This document shows positions 50,818-63,166 of a stretch of DNA of 64,000 nucleotides, in pieces. The position numbers and the translations under genes are program-made. The DNA lies in NCBI RefSeq assembly GCF_000143415.4, contig NW_003314263.1, positions 3,313,746 to 3,377,745 on the forward strand, in the 5' to 3' direction. Numbering within the stretch: the first letter of the stretch is position 1; each line of letters starts with the position of its first letter. The stretch is from Selaginella moellendorffii. Its lineage: Eukaryota > Plantae > Lycopodiophyta. The notes beneath the pieces were generated by a model, which saw only the letters and a list, made by a program, of their open reading frames with translations, was not told the origin of the DNA and did no database searches.

Positions 50818-51729
50818 ATGGCCATGCCGATGGAGCCGGGAGTTTACTGGCGAGTCAAAAACAAGGCCTGGAAGCCATACAAGCAAGACGTTGCTCTAAA
50901 GATCCTTGTCAAATATTTTGAGGTACTGTTCCTTCTTCAAAGATTGCTTTTCTTTTTCCAATTCATATTTTATAGTGGTTGAATAGCGCACTGCAATCCA
51001 CAATGCCATTGGATTTGGGTGAACGAGGTTGGCACAGTATCAATTTCGGGACAATGAAGCTGAAGAGTAGACTCGGAAGATACGATAGAAGCGTCAAGAT
51101 AATCCTCGCGCCCGTAGAGGACGAGCTCATCAAACTGATGGATGCCAAGTTTTTGGAGTCGACTGTCCTCCCTTATCATTCCGGGATTACTTTTTCGCAA
51201 ATCCATCCAAACAAATTATCCCCGGCTACAAAGATCTACAAGAAGTTCGTGAGAGCTCTCCAATGCTACGCCACCCTCCACGACAAGAGCATCTTGGGTA
51301 CGTAAACTCTACAAGTCTGCCAGCTTTTCACGCTCTTCCTGCCAACCTTTGTGCTAAGTTTCTTTGGTGGGTAATGCAGATGAGATGCGGCAAGCGGTGA
51401 ACAAGTGCAACATCTCAAGCCTCAAATCGTTGGAGTTTGTGTTTCATGGAAGCTGGCAGAAAAACATAAGCTCCATCCTTAAACGGGGTCTTGATCCCAA
51501 GAAAGCCAAGGACAGTGGCTTTGGACCCTTTCTGTGGGTTGGAAAGACTCCACGGGTGAGCTGGAGTTACTGTGGTTGCGACCCACGTACAATGGTGCTG
51601 TTTTTGGAGCTCAAAAATCATGGCGAGAGCGACTGGACCTGGGATGGCAGACGAAGTGTACCACTTAACAAGAGCCATGTCTTACTGCCAGTTGCAAAAC
51701 TAGTTATAAACTCGCTCTACGATAGCTGA
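50818..51729 (+). CDS. WWE-domain + minimal PARP-like ADP-ribosyltransferase protein (258 aa; exons 50818-50922, 50976-51297, 51380-51729)
   Basis: In-frame GT-AG model. WWE-like VYWRVKNKAWKPY...HSINFGTMKLKS..YDRSVK, then ART-fold motifs FVFHGS..NISSILKRGLD, FGPFLWVG, SWSY, MVLFL and VLLPVAKLVI. Confidence 0.7.
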
Positions 51730-51821
51730 TACTTCACCATCTTTTTTTTGTATGCCAAAAGTTGATTGACATTGTGTGTGTCCATCGTTTTTTTGTATGC
51801 CAGAAGTTGATTAACATTGTG

Positions 51822-51824
<3 letters not shown>

Positions 51825-51861
<37 letters not shown>
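51825..51861. repeat. (GA)n microsatellite upstream of the USP gene
   Basis: Seen directly. Confidence 0.9.
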
Positions 51862-51865
<4 letters not shown>

Positions 51866-51973
51866 ACGCCCAAGAATACCAGTGAATATTCACAAAACAC
51901 GTGGCACTATGCCATGCTGCCAAATGTAAGCCGTTGAAGTCCACGTGTTTGGCTAGGGCAAAACATCTGCGCC

Positions 51974-53229
51974 ATGAGCGACGAGGAAGTGAGCGAGGCG
52001 GTGGTGATGGCGGAGGCGCCGCCGGTCAAGAAGAAGAGCGTCAAGATCGCCGCCGCTGCCATCGCCAGCGACGAGGCAGCGGATCCCAGCGGCGCCGTCA
52101 ATGTGGGCGGCGATCGCAAGGCCAAGAAGGTCATCGTGGCCATCGACGAGAGCCAAGAAAGCATCCGAGCTCTCCGCTATGCTCTCGACACTGTCGTCCA
52201 GCCCGGGGATGGGCTTGTGCTGCTACACTCGCAGTTCATGCCCCATAGCTACGTTGGTCCCGGCGGCCCAGGTACTAATCTTCTTCTCGTTCTAGCTTTT
52301 TCCATAGAGAATGTGGGGCTTGCTCCTCTTCTTTTTCTCTTTCGAGCTATGGTTTGAGTTCTTTGCTATGGTTTCCTCCTTGCTCCTTGAGTGTGGATGT
52401 CTTTCTCGTTGGGATTAGAGCTATGGGTGTTAGATCTTTTGTCTTTGGCACCAAAGTTTGGTCCTTGTGATCTGCGCTTCACACGCATTTCCGTCAGCTC
52501 TAAAACCAGGTAAAGCTTCGTTGGTTTTTGTTAGAGGATCCAGTCTATAGAGTTTTTGTGATCTGCGCTTCACACGCATGTCCATCAGCTCTTAAACCAG
52601 GTAAAGCTTCGTTGGTTGTTGCTAGAAGATTCAGTCCATAGAGTTTTTTTTTGTGATCTGTGCTTCCATCAGCTCTAAAACCAGGTAAAGCTTCGTTGGT
52701 TTCTGCTAGAGGATTCAGTCTATGCTTTTCTACTAGCTTTCATTCCTTGAGCTTTGGCTTTGGTAGATCTTTTCTTCCTTGGCTTTTAGCTTGAAACGCA
52801 AAGACATTGGTTCTGTAGGCTTCTACATCACTCCCGACTTGGTGGCCGCCACAAGGAAGCACCAGGAGAACTCAAGCAAGGTCTTGCTCGACAAAGCCAA
52901 GAGGATTTGCGGCGATGCCAATGTGGGCTCCTCTTCTGTGTTTAAGATGGTCTTTTATGCACGTTTCTCGCAGGTCCACCACCCAGAGCTTCTGATGGCT
53001 ACTGGAGATCCTCGCGACAGTATCTGCGACGCCGTGGAAAAGATCCATGCCGACTTGCTGGTGATGGGAAGCCGCGGTCACGGAGCCATCAAACGGTGAG
53101 CTCTCACTTTCTTCTCGAAGATCACTAAAGCTCTTTTACTTTCTCGACCGACACAGGACTTTTCTTGGCAGTGTGAGCGACTATTGTACTCACAACGCGA
53201 AATGCCCGGTTTTGATCGTCCGAAAGTGA
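51974..53229 (+). CDS. Universal stress protein A-like protein (4 exons)
   Basis: KKVIVAIDESQESIRALRYALD, GDPRDSICDAVEKIHADLLVMGSRGHGAIKR and TFLGSVSDYCTHNAKCPVLIVRK. Confidence 0.93.
52466..52722. repeat. ~90-bp tandem repeat x3 in USP intron 1
   Basis: gtgatctg.gctt...cagctc.taaaccaggtaaagcttcgttggtt...ag.ggat.cagtc repeated. Confidence 0.85.
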
Positions 53230-53343
53230 GCCAAAGTGGATGGCTTTGTTTTTCTTTCTTTCGTGTATATATACGGTATGGATCTGCAAGTTCTCTCGTT
53301 TCCTTATTTCTCTCAGCTGCACAAATCGGAGGCTTTACTTTTT

Positions 53344-55567
53344 TTACAGTGACAGCAGCCTCCGCTGCTTAAAGAATAATACGAATGCGAGAAAGATCGC
53401 GATGCCAGCAACGCCAGACGTGATGAGAATCCACTTGAAAGCTCGCGGCTCGTCAAAGAGGTCAATCTGGATGTTCATCCCGAAAACACCCGCAATCACG
53501 CCAAAAATCGCCACCACGAACGTCGCGGTCGTGAGCAGCAACTCGAACTGGATCAGCTGGTTCCTCACATTGTCCTGGACGATCAAAACCAAAGACCATC
53601 GATCAAAAACCGAAAAACCTTGGATCGACAACTTCTCGGAAAGTACCAGTTGGATGTTGATGAAATCCTCGGTGTCGTCAATGTACTCCTTGAGCTGTGT
53701 ATAACCAGCGAGATTAACACGGATAACACCACGAGCCTTTCTTTTTTTCACTCGAAAAACTCGAAACCTTCGCCTTACCGAGGTGAGCTTGTTGAGCGTG
53801 CCATCGATGACAACAAAGTAGGCCTCGAGCAGCATCTCCAGCTCCTCCACTCGCTCCGTTTCACTGTCCGAGCCGGGTGGCTGGACCAAGAGGTTTCTTC
53901 CCAGGCTCATCGTCTTGTCCAGGCTCTTGATCTTCTCGGTCGGCGGGCTGCCAACCGGAGACACAGGGGCCGACACCGACGCACAGACGTTGTTTGAGTA
54001 CAAGAAGCCCTCGGCTCGCTCCTTCTTCTCGGTTAGATACATCTCGGCCATGTCACCGTCGTCGTCCATGAGGTGCTCGATCTCGTCCCGGACCTGGAAG
54101 TTCGTGTGAGATGAAGTATCAATGAGGTTTGTGAGCTTGGGAGGCTCGAACAAACACCAGTGAAGTTGGAACGAAGATGAAAGAGCAAGGAGTGTGAACA
54201 GAACCAAAGTTCGTGTGAGAAGAGAGAAGCAAAGATCAACAAGTGAGGTTTGTGAGCTCGGGAAGCTCAAGAAGATGGAGTAAAGTTGGAACGAAGAACA
54301 AGGTGTGACTCCAGCAAACTTATAGGAGAGAATGAGAAGAGAGAAGCAAAGATCAACAATGAGGTTTGTGAGCTTGGGAAGCTGGAGGAAACACCAGTGA
54401 AGTTGGAACGAAAATGAAAGAACTAGGAGTGTGACTTAGTGGTTTCAATGGAAAGAAATGAAAGAACTAGGAGTGTGACTTAGTGGTTTCAATGGAAAGA
54501 AAGCTTCCAAAGGGGAAACGGAGTAAAAGCAGTACCTTTTGGACTCTCCTGGTGAGTGCCACGAGCCTGCTCTTAAGCCTACGAACTCGCTCCAGGTTGA
54601 GCGTGCTGATCTTCGAGGTTAGATCGTCCAGAACTGGATACGCTTCCTCTTCAAGCTCTGTAGCCTGTCAAAAAGAGCAAAAAGACCACCGGTGAGTAGC
54701 AAAAAACGTGCCACAGGAAAGAGGAGAAAGAACAAAAGAGAAAAAAGAAGCAATCAGTAGTAGTATCACAGAAAAAGCAAAAGGCACCAAAAGAGAAAAA
54801 AAAAATATTGAAAAATCTCAGAGAAGAAAAAAAGAAAAGCATGAAAGTTCTTCCAAAGTTTTCTTCCAAGAATCGAGGAACTAGAACTTGGTTACCTGTG
54901 TGTCAAGATACGTGCACGCCGACTCCAGCGCCACCTCGAGCGCTCGAAACTCGAACGGCAAATCGTCCGCTGCCGACGATCCGCTAAACATGTCCGTCTC
55001 TCTCATCAGCGCCGCCCTCCTCATCTCCTGCTTGGCCGGATGATCCTCAGTCCCACACTCCCAGCTCCCTCCTCCACCACCTCCACCACCTCCAAATCCA
55101 ATCGCTCCAATCCCACCACCACCACCATATCTCCCGGCGATGTTGCTACTGCTCGAGGAGCTCGTCATCCTCGGCATCAATCGCCGCTGGAGCTCGCTCA
55201 CGTACTGGAGCACGTAGTGATCCAGCGAATTCAAGAGCAGCACCTCGTCCGCGGTGATGATACACCGGATTTGCTCCAAGTTGACAACGATGGCCTTCTC
55301 TCGTCCCAGCAGCGTGGAAGGATAGACAAAGAGTGGATCCAGCAGCCGCAAGTCGCGAGCCGGAAGCTCACACCTCCTCATGATGCTGAACTTGTCCATC
55401 TCTAGCACCTGGGAATTGCCCGCGCGGTCGATCCGGATCCACGACCGGATGCCCTGCCCGCGCTTCTTCAATCCCACCACGTCCATCCCCTGGAAGAGCG
55501 GCTTGGGCAGATTGGAAGTGGGCGATTGCGCGCGATGGAGGAGCTTGTATCTCAGATGATCGCCCAT
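53344..55567 (-). CDS. MRS2: MRS2/MGT (CorA-family) magnesium transporter, MRS2-1/10-like, 5 exons
   Basis: GLKKRGQGIRSWIRID, LPARDLRLLDPLFVYPSTLLGREKAIVVNLEQIRCIITADEV, LPFEFRALEVALE, DDDGDMAEMYL and the GMN motif between two TMs. Confidence 0.95.
54115..54500. repeat. Tandem repeats (~120-bp x3, then ~46-bp x2) in an MRS2 intron
   Basis: gaggtttgtgagct.gggag/aagctc...aagttggaacgaa repeated, and gaaagaactaggagtgtgacttagtggtttcaatgg duplicated. Confidence 0.8.
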
Positions 55568-56031
55568 GCTTGGTCGCGTGCTCTTGTTCTTGCTCTTGCT
55601 CTTCCATCAACGCCCTAAAACGTCCTGGCCGGCACTACCACCCCCGGGCGGATTGAATTGCTGGATTTGGAGCGTACCCATTTGCGAGCGGTGCCGGGGA
55701 CTCACACCCAATTCGCCCGATCCATCGCCCACGGCCTATCGCGCCGCCTCTCCATCGCCGCCGCCATCGCCGCCCAGGAAGAAGAAGATGGCCGCATTTG
55801 GGCAACCTCTCGATAGGGAAAAGTTTACTGGCTTCGTTTTTTCCCCTTTTTTACCTACTTATCCTAAAAATCTTTGTGTGTGCGTAGTTTACTCACTGTG
55901 GCCACCATCTTCCTCCAGGAACTCCATTTATAATGCGTGGAAGTTCTTCTTCCTTGATCTCTTCCTCCAAGAACTTTGGAGAACTCCATTTAATGCCTGT
56001 GAGTTCTTCCTCCTTGGATCTCACTGCTGCT

Positions 56032-59000
56032 CTAAAGATCTTTGTCTTTCGGCGATCCAGCAGCAGTAATAGCGCCCCTTGTGTCCGAGTCCCCCGTGAT
56101 CTTATCATCGCCATCGCCGCTCAGTGAAAGCGTGCGTTTGGATCCAGCGAGTGCTACTCCCAGCACTAGATTGTCTTCTCCAAAGTTTGCTGGAGGAGAT
56201 TTCTTGAGCTGTTGTTCCTCGTTGTTACTTCCCTGGCCTGTGCTCTTTGTTGTTGGAGGAGATTTCTTTGCCAGTAGTTCCTCGGTGCTCTTTGTTGTCG
56301 GAGGAGATTTCTTTGCCAGTAGTTCCTCGTTGTTACTTCCCTGGACTGTGCTCTTTGTTGGAGGATATTTCTTTGCCTGTTGTTCCTCGCTGTTACTTGT
56401 GCTCGCTTGATTCGAAAAAGAAGAAGGAACTGTTCCTGTTACTGTTGCTGTTGCTGACCCCGTCTCTTTCCATGGATCGTCCACCTGTTGGTGCTGCTGC
56501 CTGTCTCTAGCTTCCTTTTGCTTCACTTTCAAATCTTTCGCTGTCTCGGATGGTCTTGACTTTGTCTCTTGCAACTCTTTCGCTTTCCCTGTGCTCTCGT
56601 TGCTCGCCTCCAGCTTGATCTCTCGTTTCGGCGAAGCTGGGGGTTCCTTGGGCGATGTCGACGCCTTTGGTGGCTTGCTGCTGTCTTTGATCGCTTGCTT
56701 TCCTAAATGCTGCTTTGTGTTTTCGCCGGTCTCGCTGCTTTTCTGGTCCTCGGCCTTAATCGTCGCTGGCTCGCCACCACTGTCAGCCGAGACTTCCGAG
56801 ATCTTTGCTGGAGGTTTTTCGAAAGCCGCACCTAGCAAGCTCATGTCTTTAGCATTAAGTCCCATGGAATCCAAACCTTCGAGAGGTGTCTTTGGAGAAG
56901 GCTGTGCTTCTTCCATATCCTGTTTCGGAACTTCGATAGGAGCGACAGTGTTTGGCGCCTCATGCTTCGCCTTCCCAGACTCGGCTGGTACTGCGGATGC
57001 GTCTACGAGGAGCAACGGCCTGCCATCTTCGTTGACACGTTTCTGTAAGGCGACTGGCGAGTTTCTGCTTCGTCGTATACCCTCTGGATAGAGCGAATGG
57101 GAGTGGCAAGTCGGGCATTGTGATGGCTGATGACTTTGAGCAGGTTGAGAAGAATAATTTCCTGCCATGAAGAATCATAAGAACGCAAGTAGCGGCAGAA
57201 CAAATACTAACCTTCACACTGAGATATCTTCGTAGTGGGAAGTTTTTACGAAGCAAGAAATCATGATCTGCATTCAAAGAAAAAAAAAGGAATTAGTAGA
57301 AATGAAGATGTTTTCCTACCATAAGCGACTGGTTTGACGGGTCGATGTTGTCAAAGAACACTCTTCGATGCAATCGTCTGTGCTCCACTTGGGGATGCTT
57401 GGAAAGAACTTTTCTCATGTCTGCGACGATAACCTGAAAGGAAGAGCAAGTGTTTAGAGAAAGAAAATCAATAAGTGTTTTCTTACGTGGATCTTGCTAG
57501 CATCCAAATGACTGAGACCAATGTACGTCTTAACACGCCAATGAGTTTTTTGACTTAAATTGCGGACAACGCTCATCGTGAACTTGTGGTTGGGTATATG
57601 CACAGCTTCGCGATCTTCGCCTCTGATAACTGTAGGAGACCACCAGCCAACATGCTGAAAACATCGAAAGGCATTAGATTACCATTTGCTATAACACACG
57701 ATTTACGTATCAACCAACCTCGACAGTACCAGAAACTTCCTGCCCATCGATTTTAGTTTGTATCCACTCGTACTCAACAAACGGCCGGGTAGCATGGATC
57801 ATAACACTGGACAAAAAGTTCGTAAAAATCTACAAAACATAAAATCCTGTCATTTGTTTTGAAGAAAACAGAAAGGAGAACGTAATCTAACCTCTCGACC
57901 TGCTAGAGTCAGCAACACTGTACCGAATCCACCGGCCGTCAGCCATTTTTGAGTCGAGAAACCAAGGAGCTCCATAAACAAGCAGACAGCCGCCACCCAC
58001 ACCGAAGTGGACACTGCACTGCCAATAAAACGAATTCCAAGCTGCAATCACTAACCAGATTTTCATGACACAGAGAGTAAGTAGCATACAGTACATACAT
58101 TGCGAGAGTCTTCATTGTTGTGACGATCCATCATGACCCTTTGAATTTGTTGAGTCATCCTGAAACACCCAAAAAAAGAAGAAGAAGAAAGAAATCCATG
58201 ATCCGAGGCAAATAAGCTTTATACCTCGCTGTGCAAAACGCAAATGTCAGGACAGTTGAAAGAGATCGTAGAAAATTCAAGAATCTTTCCTTGACAACTT
58301 GGCTTGTCTCGGACGAAAGAACAACGGGGTCTAGAGCCCTGCAAGATCTCAAGTTCTAGAAAACATAAAAAGAAAAGTTACACCAAGATATCTACCTGCA
58401 TATTCCGATGATCGCAACCCACAATAACACAGGCTTGACATAGGACGTAAGTATGTACTTCGTTCGACTCTTGTCCCATTCACGTCGCTGATTGAAACAC
58501 TCCAATATCAGCTAGAAAGAAACAAAAATTCACGAACTCTATCTTTCCACCTGGAAGATATTGCGACGAATGAGTTGGATGGAAGGCAAGAGTCCCCAAA
58601 GAGCAAATGCTATGACCCCAGCAGCAGCCACGCATTGTACTGGACAAGGGAATTTTCCAACCGTCGCGAGCGTACTGGAAGAAAAGCTAAACCAAAACAT
58701 CACAAAGAAAAATTTCTAGAACCTTGTGAGCGCTCTCTGCGTGATCCTCAGCGATGTCACCGCGATTTCCTTGGGCAATTCCAGCGCAATCGCTGCTCTT
58801 GAGCAGCACAGGCCGCGGCATTTCGCCAATCTCGCGAGCTGGACGCTTTGCAGCGACAAAGAATCCTGCCAAGCACGCCAATTACCACAAAACAATCCCG
58901 AGAAACCTAGCTTCAGCCTACCCGTCGAAGGAAGGAAGAGCTCAGCTCCAATCCACGCGCTCTCGATGGAATTCGCGGCAGCCCCTAATCCATCCATCGC

Positions 59001-59099
59001 CAAGAGAATCCGAGCTGAGAGAGGAGTAGCGGCATTGGAAAATCCCGCGCCATACCTTGAGGGAGTTGGGGCGTGGTAGCGCCAGTCCCCGGCCTCCAT
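56032..59099 (-). CDS. MSL2: Plastid-type MscS-like mechanosensitive channel MSL2/MSL3 homolog (multi-exon; two apparent 1-bp deletions)
   Basis: [77 protein letters not shown] and [14 protein letters not shown]. Confidence 0.9.
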
Positions 59100-59309
59100 T
59101 CATCGCGCCATGGAAGAATGGAACCCTAAATTTCCTCTTTTAGAAAAAGTACGTTTAGCCCTTTTATGCCGCTTAAACCCTAAATCCTCGTGATGATGGA
59201 CATTATTTCGTTCTCACTACCTCTAAGTCAAACCATTAAGCTTATTATTGCAAATATGATATCTCATCAGTTGAGAACTTGGAAACCTCTATTTTCTAAA
59301 AGATGGGCT

Positions 59310-59975
59310 TAGCCTTTATACTTGTGCGACTGGCAGGAAAACATCAGCCTTGTCAAGCGGCAAAATTCGTCTGTCATCAGTCCGGTTGGATTTACCATGA
59401 TTTGTGAGTTCCAAGAACCATTGGTTTCTCACAGCTCTGGCTCCTGCAATACTCTGCACTCACAACTGGAGTTTTTCCAACCCACAAAAAACGGCCATGG
59501 CCAGTGTCTTCAAGCTCTCAAGGATGGAGCTTATTTTTTGCAGCGGGCTTCCATGAAACACAAACTCCAAAGATCTGAGACCCAAGATGCTGCATTGCTC
59601 CACCATTCGATCCAAGTTTCAGTAATCATGTAATCAGGCCTTTGTAAAGGAAAAAGGTGGCAAACATTGGTTTGAGTGGAATTCCATGGTTGTCGTGGGA
59701 TGAGCGTGATTGATGACTTGATCCAGAAAGCTGACATTGATCAGTTTGCTGAGACAATTCACGAGGTCGACCAGGATGATCTCGAGACTCCATTCATGCT
59801 TTGTGCATGTATTTTTCACCTTCATCGCTGAAAAGTTGATGGTGTGCAAACCCCATGGATGTAACCGAGATAAAACTAATGACATTGTTGTCGGCATTCC
59901 ACACTCCATCCAAAAAGATAAAATAGAAAAGAATGGTGTACTTGGAAAGTATACTTTGAGCATATACTTTGTTAT
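59310..59975 (-). pseudogene. WWE-ART family pseudogene
   Basis: LHPWGLHTINFSAMKVKNTCTKHEWSLEIIL matches 63418-63810. gagtttgtgtttcatggaagc (EFVFHGS) is retained. Frameshifts present. Confidence 0.75.
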
Positions 59976-60029
59976 ATGGCTAACGCTAATAACCATCATG
60001 TAATAGAAAAGGAATGAAAAATCAATATT

Positions 60030-62870
60030 AATTATGTATCACATCAGAATACCCAACAGATATGGTGAAATTCCAATGGAAATGTGATACCCCAACAGAT
60101 ACAGTGATTTTCAGATGGCAAGTTTCCTGATGGGAGAGAATGTACCTAATAGGTAAATCTCCTATTGGGAAAATGTTTTCCTGACGGGTAGATTAATACT
60201 GAGAGGCAGATGCTCCCAATGGCATATATTTCCTTTGTAATTCCCAATGGGTTTTCATGTTTTCTATCAGACAACTTGAAGTGTTCCTTTGTTTCTTGTC
60301 ATTGTTAGATGCGAACGCAAGGGCATGGACAAGCACAAGGGGTGGTGGAGGTGGTGTTTTGTTTTTATTCATAATTAGTTCTCATTTTTGTATTCTTTTT
60401 ATTATTTGGATGCTAGGATTTGTGTTTGAGGCAAAGCTTTTGGCTATAACAACTTTTCTATTTCTCTTTTGAGGCAGGAGGCTAAGCCACAATCTGTAAA
60501 TTCTTTCTACAAACAAGGATTGAATATTCTTTGCTTTAATCAGCTATATGACCACCTTGTTAGCTATGAACATGTGGTTGTTCTTACAGCTACCTTATTA
60601 GAACATATCCAAAGTGCACTTGAGATTGCTCATGAGGGCAGGAGGACAATCTAACAATTAGCTCTCACCAATGCATTATAAAAAAACTGGGGCATGATGA
60701 GAAGGACCATGTTCACTGCAAAAGATGTTTATGATTTAGTTGGTGATAGAAAAGTTAAAAAACATATAGACCCATCATGCAAAGGCTCTTCTTTTATCTA
60801 GATAAGAGGAAGTGAAAGTAAACTTAATTGAAATCAATGCTTCTTATCACTACATCCAAGTGAGAATATATTTTTCACTTTTATCCTTTTCAAATTCTTT
60901 TATCTCTGCCATTGTTTTGGCATTGTAGGTATACAGCAAGCACCTCCATAGCCTCAAAGTGATTTGTGGATGTGGTCAATAAGGAACAAATGAATTGGAA
61001 CTAAAAAATCTTTCCACGATGTTTATGGTTGATGACTTGAGCCAAAGTTTGTGTAGTACCTTTGCAATGGATTTGGTGCCTTGACATCAAATTTACATGC
61101 TACTATCAACTCTATTAGTGCATCAAGACAAATCACAACCTTTAGGAGTAGGTGGTGTATGAGAGGTTGAGAGCAGAGAACCTAGATGATGAGTTGGTTG
61201 TAGTAAAGGATCATATTATGACCCTCATAAATACTGTCAAGGCATCTAAAGAGTGTCTACTTCTGCTACATGCATGTCAACTTACAATTTTCCAAAAATC
61301 ATAGATTATAACAATTTTGAGTGATATATGCTTCTTTTGGTATGAAGTCTTGGATGAGATTAGCTTCTACACTTACAGTTATGACCACTCCCTGCATTTA
61401 CTATAGTGTGCTTTGCCTCTCTCCCCTTCAACTAAAAAAAAAGGATAATTGCTTGATTAGAAAGCTTTTAATAATTTTAAGGTCTCAAAGATTTATAGTG
61501 ACAATATATTTAAATTTTATCATATGATCTTTATTAATTATTTTTTTGATCATATTGCACCATTGCAAACATTGTTAAAACTGTCAATAATGTCTTTCAT
61601 TTGGTTTATGGACTGTGAGTAAGTATTTATGGATCTCAAAGAGTTGTTAATGACTTCTTTAGTTTTGGCATATCTTATCCACTACACTTACCATATAGAA
61701 TGAAAATGTTCAAGATAAAAAACCTTTTAACATATATGGTGTACAATTATAAATTTCACAATCAAGATACTTATTAACCTATAATAACAAATGCTAAACA
61801 AGTTAGTGGAGATCAAGTGCAAGACACACTCTAATTTGTGCATTTATATTTAACTAGCATGAGTAAATCTTTAGAATATATCCCTTCCTCACCACATGTG
61901 AGCAATATATAACCCATGTTACTTACAAAATCATTATTTATGGGTTTATAACATATTAGCAATCCAAAAGGTTCAAACAATAGTCAAGAAGCAATTAAAA
62001 TCAATTGCAAGAACTTAGAAGTCACAAGAAAAAAAGACAGCCAACAATATTATTTTTAAAATTTTAGAGTTTTATGATACTCAAATATCCTTTTAATTTG
62101 CAAATAGCCTGTCAAAAAGCTCATTTCTAATTGTTTATCTTTCTATCAGTAAACCTGACCAATTATTTTTTTTGATAAAATTTAGCATGTTGGGAGGAAA
62201 CACATCCTATTTGGAAGATCTTTTCATTCTTATTAGGAACTTTCTCCCATCAATAAGAAATCCCTAACCTATTAAAAGAATTTTTACCAATGAAAAGAAA
62301 AAATTGAATTTGATTCATTGGGAAGTCCTCTTTTGTTGGGAATATAATTGTCCATCAAGAAGTAAATCTCCTAACATGAGCTCCATTAGAAGAAAAATCT
62401 TCCTAACAGAATATATCATCAATAGAAAATGTCTCAACAGGAGGTTTCATTGGGGTTTTTTCTCTTGCCAAGGGAATTTTCCATCTTGTCAAGAGAAAAT
62501 TTTGACCTATTAGGAAAATATAGCAAAAGGAAATGATTCATTGTCTTGTATTATGGAAGATTCCATTTCATTGAGGAACAACCATTTGATGTGGCAAATT
62601 TCAATTGCCACATCATGCCACATAACTAGGATATATTCATCTGAAAGATTCTGATAGGAGATTTCCCATTAGGAAGTCTGAAGTGAAAAATATTGTAGAA
62701 CTGCTACTAAAGGATTGCAAGACTGAACTGGAATGTAATCCATTGTGATCGACTATGGCAATCCAAGTATTCCACAATGAGGAATGTTCTTGTCAGGAAG
62801 ATTTACAATTTAATGGATCACTCCTAGCCATTGGATTAAGAATATCCTCATGCTTTTCCAATGGAAATTT
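60030..62870. mobile_element. Degraded AT-rich insertion, probably a DNA transposon remnant; includes a gypsy fragment at 61556-61680 similar to 40180-40300
   Basis: Short degenerate motifs (ttcc.a.tgg / cc.at.ggaa) cluster near both ends like subterminal repeats. No clear TIR or TSD. Confidence 0.35.
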
Positions 62871-63166
62871 ATAGATATACAAAGCATATGCCATTTAAGG
62901 CCATGTACCAAAACTATAGAGAAAAATACTTTTCAAAGATATTAATTCAGGCTGAGATTTTTAAAAAGTAATAAAAATGAAAAGTAAAAATGCCGCACCT
63001 AGATGTGCAAACAACAATAATGACAAATAACAACAAAAGAAAGAAAGCAATACAGCTTTCTTGCATGACACAAAAGTTACCAAATCTATTGGTTCTTAGA
63101 GTTACATCCTTTCCATAAGCCTTGTTCTCCAATCAAAAAGCTTTTAAAAATTAAAGATATTAAATG

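Noticed and set aside
56960-57168. ORF-track start [15 protein letters not shown] as an independent gene
   Set aside because: It is the wrong-frame reading of the MSL last exon upstream of the 1-bp deletion at ~57034.
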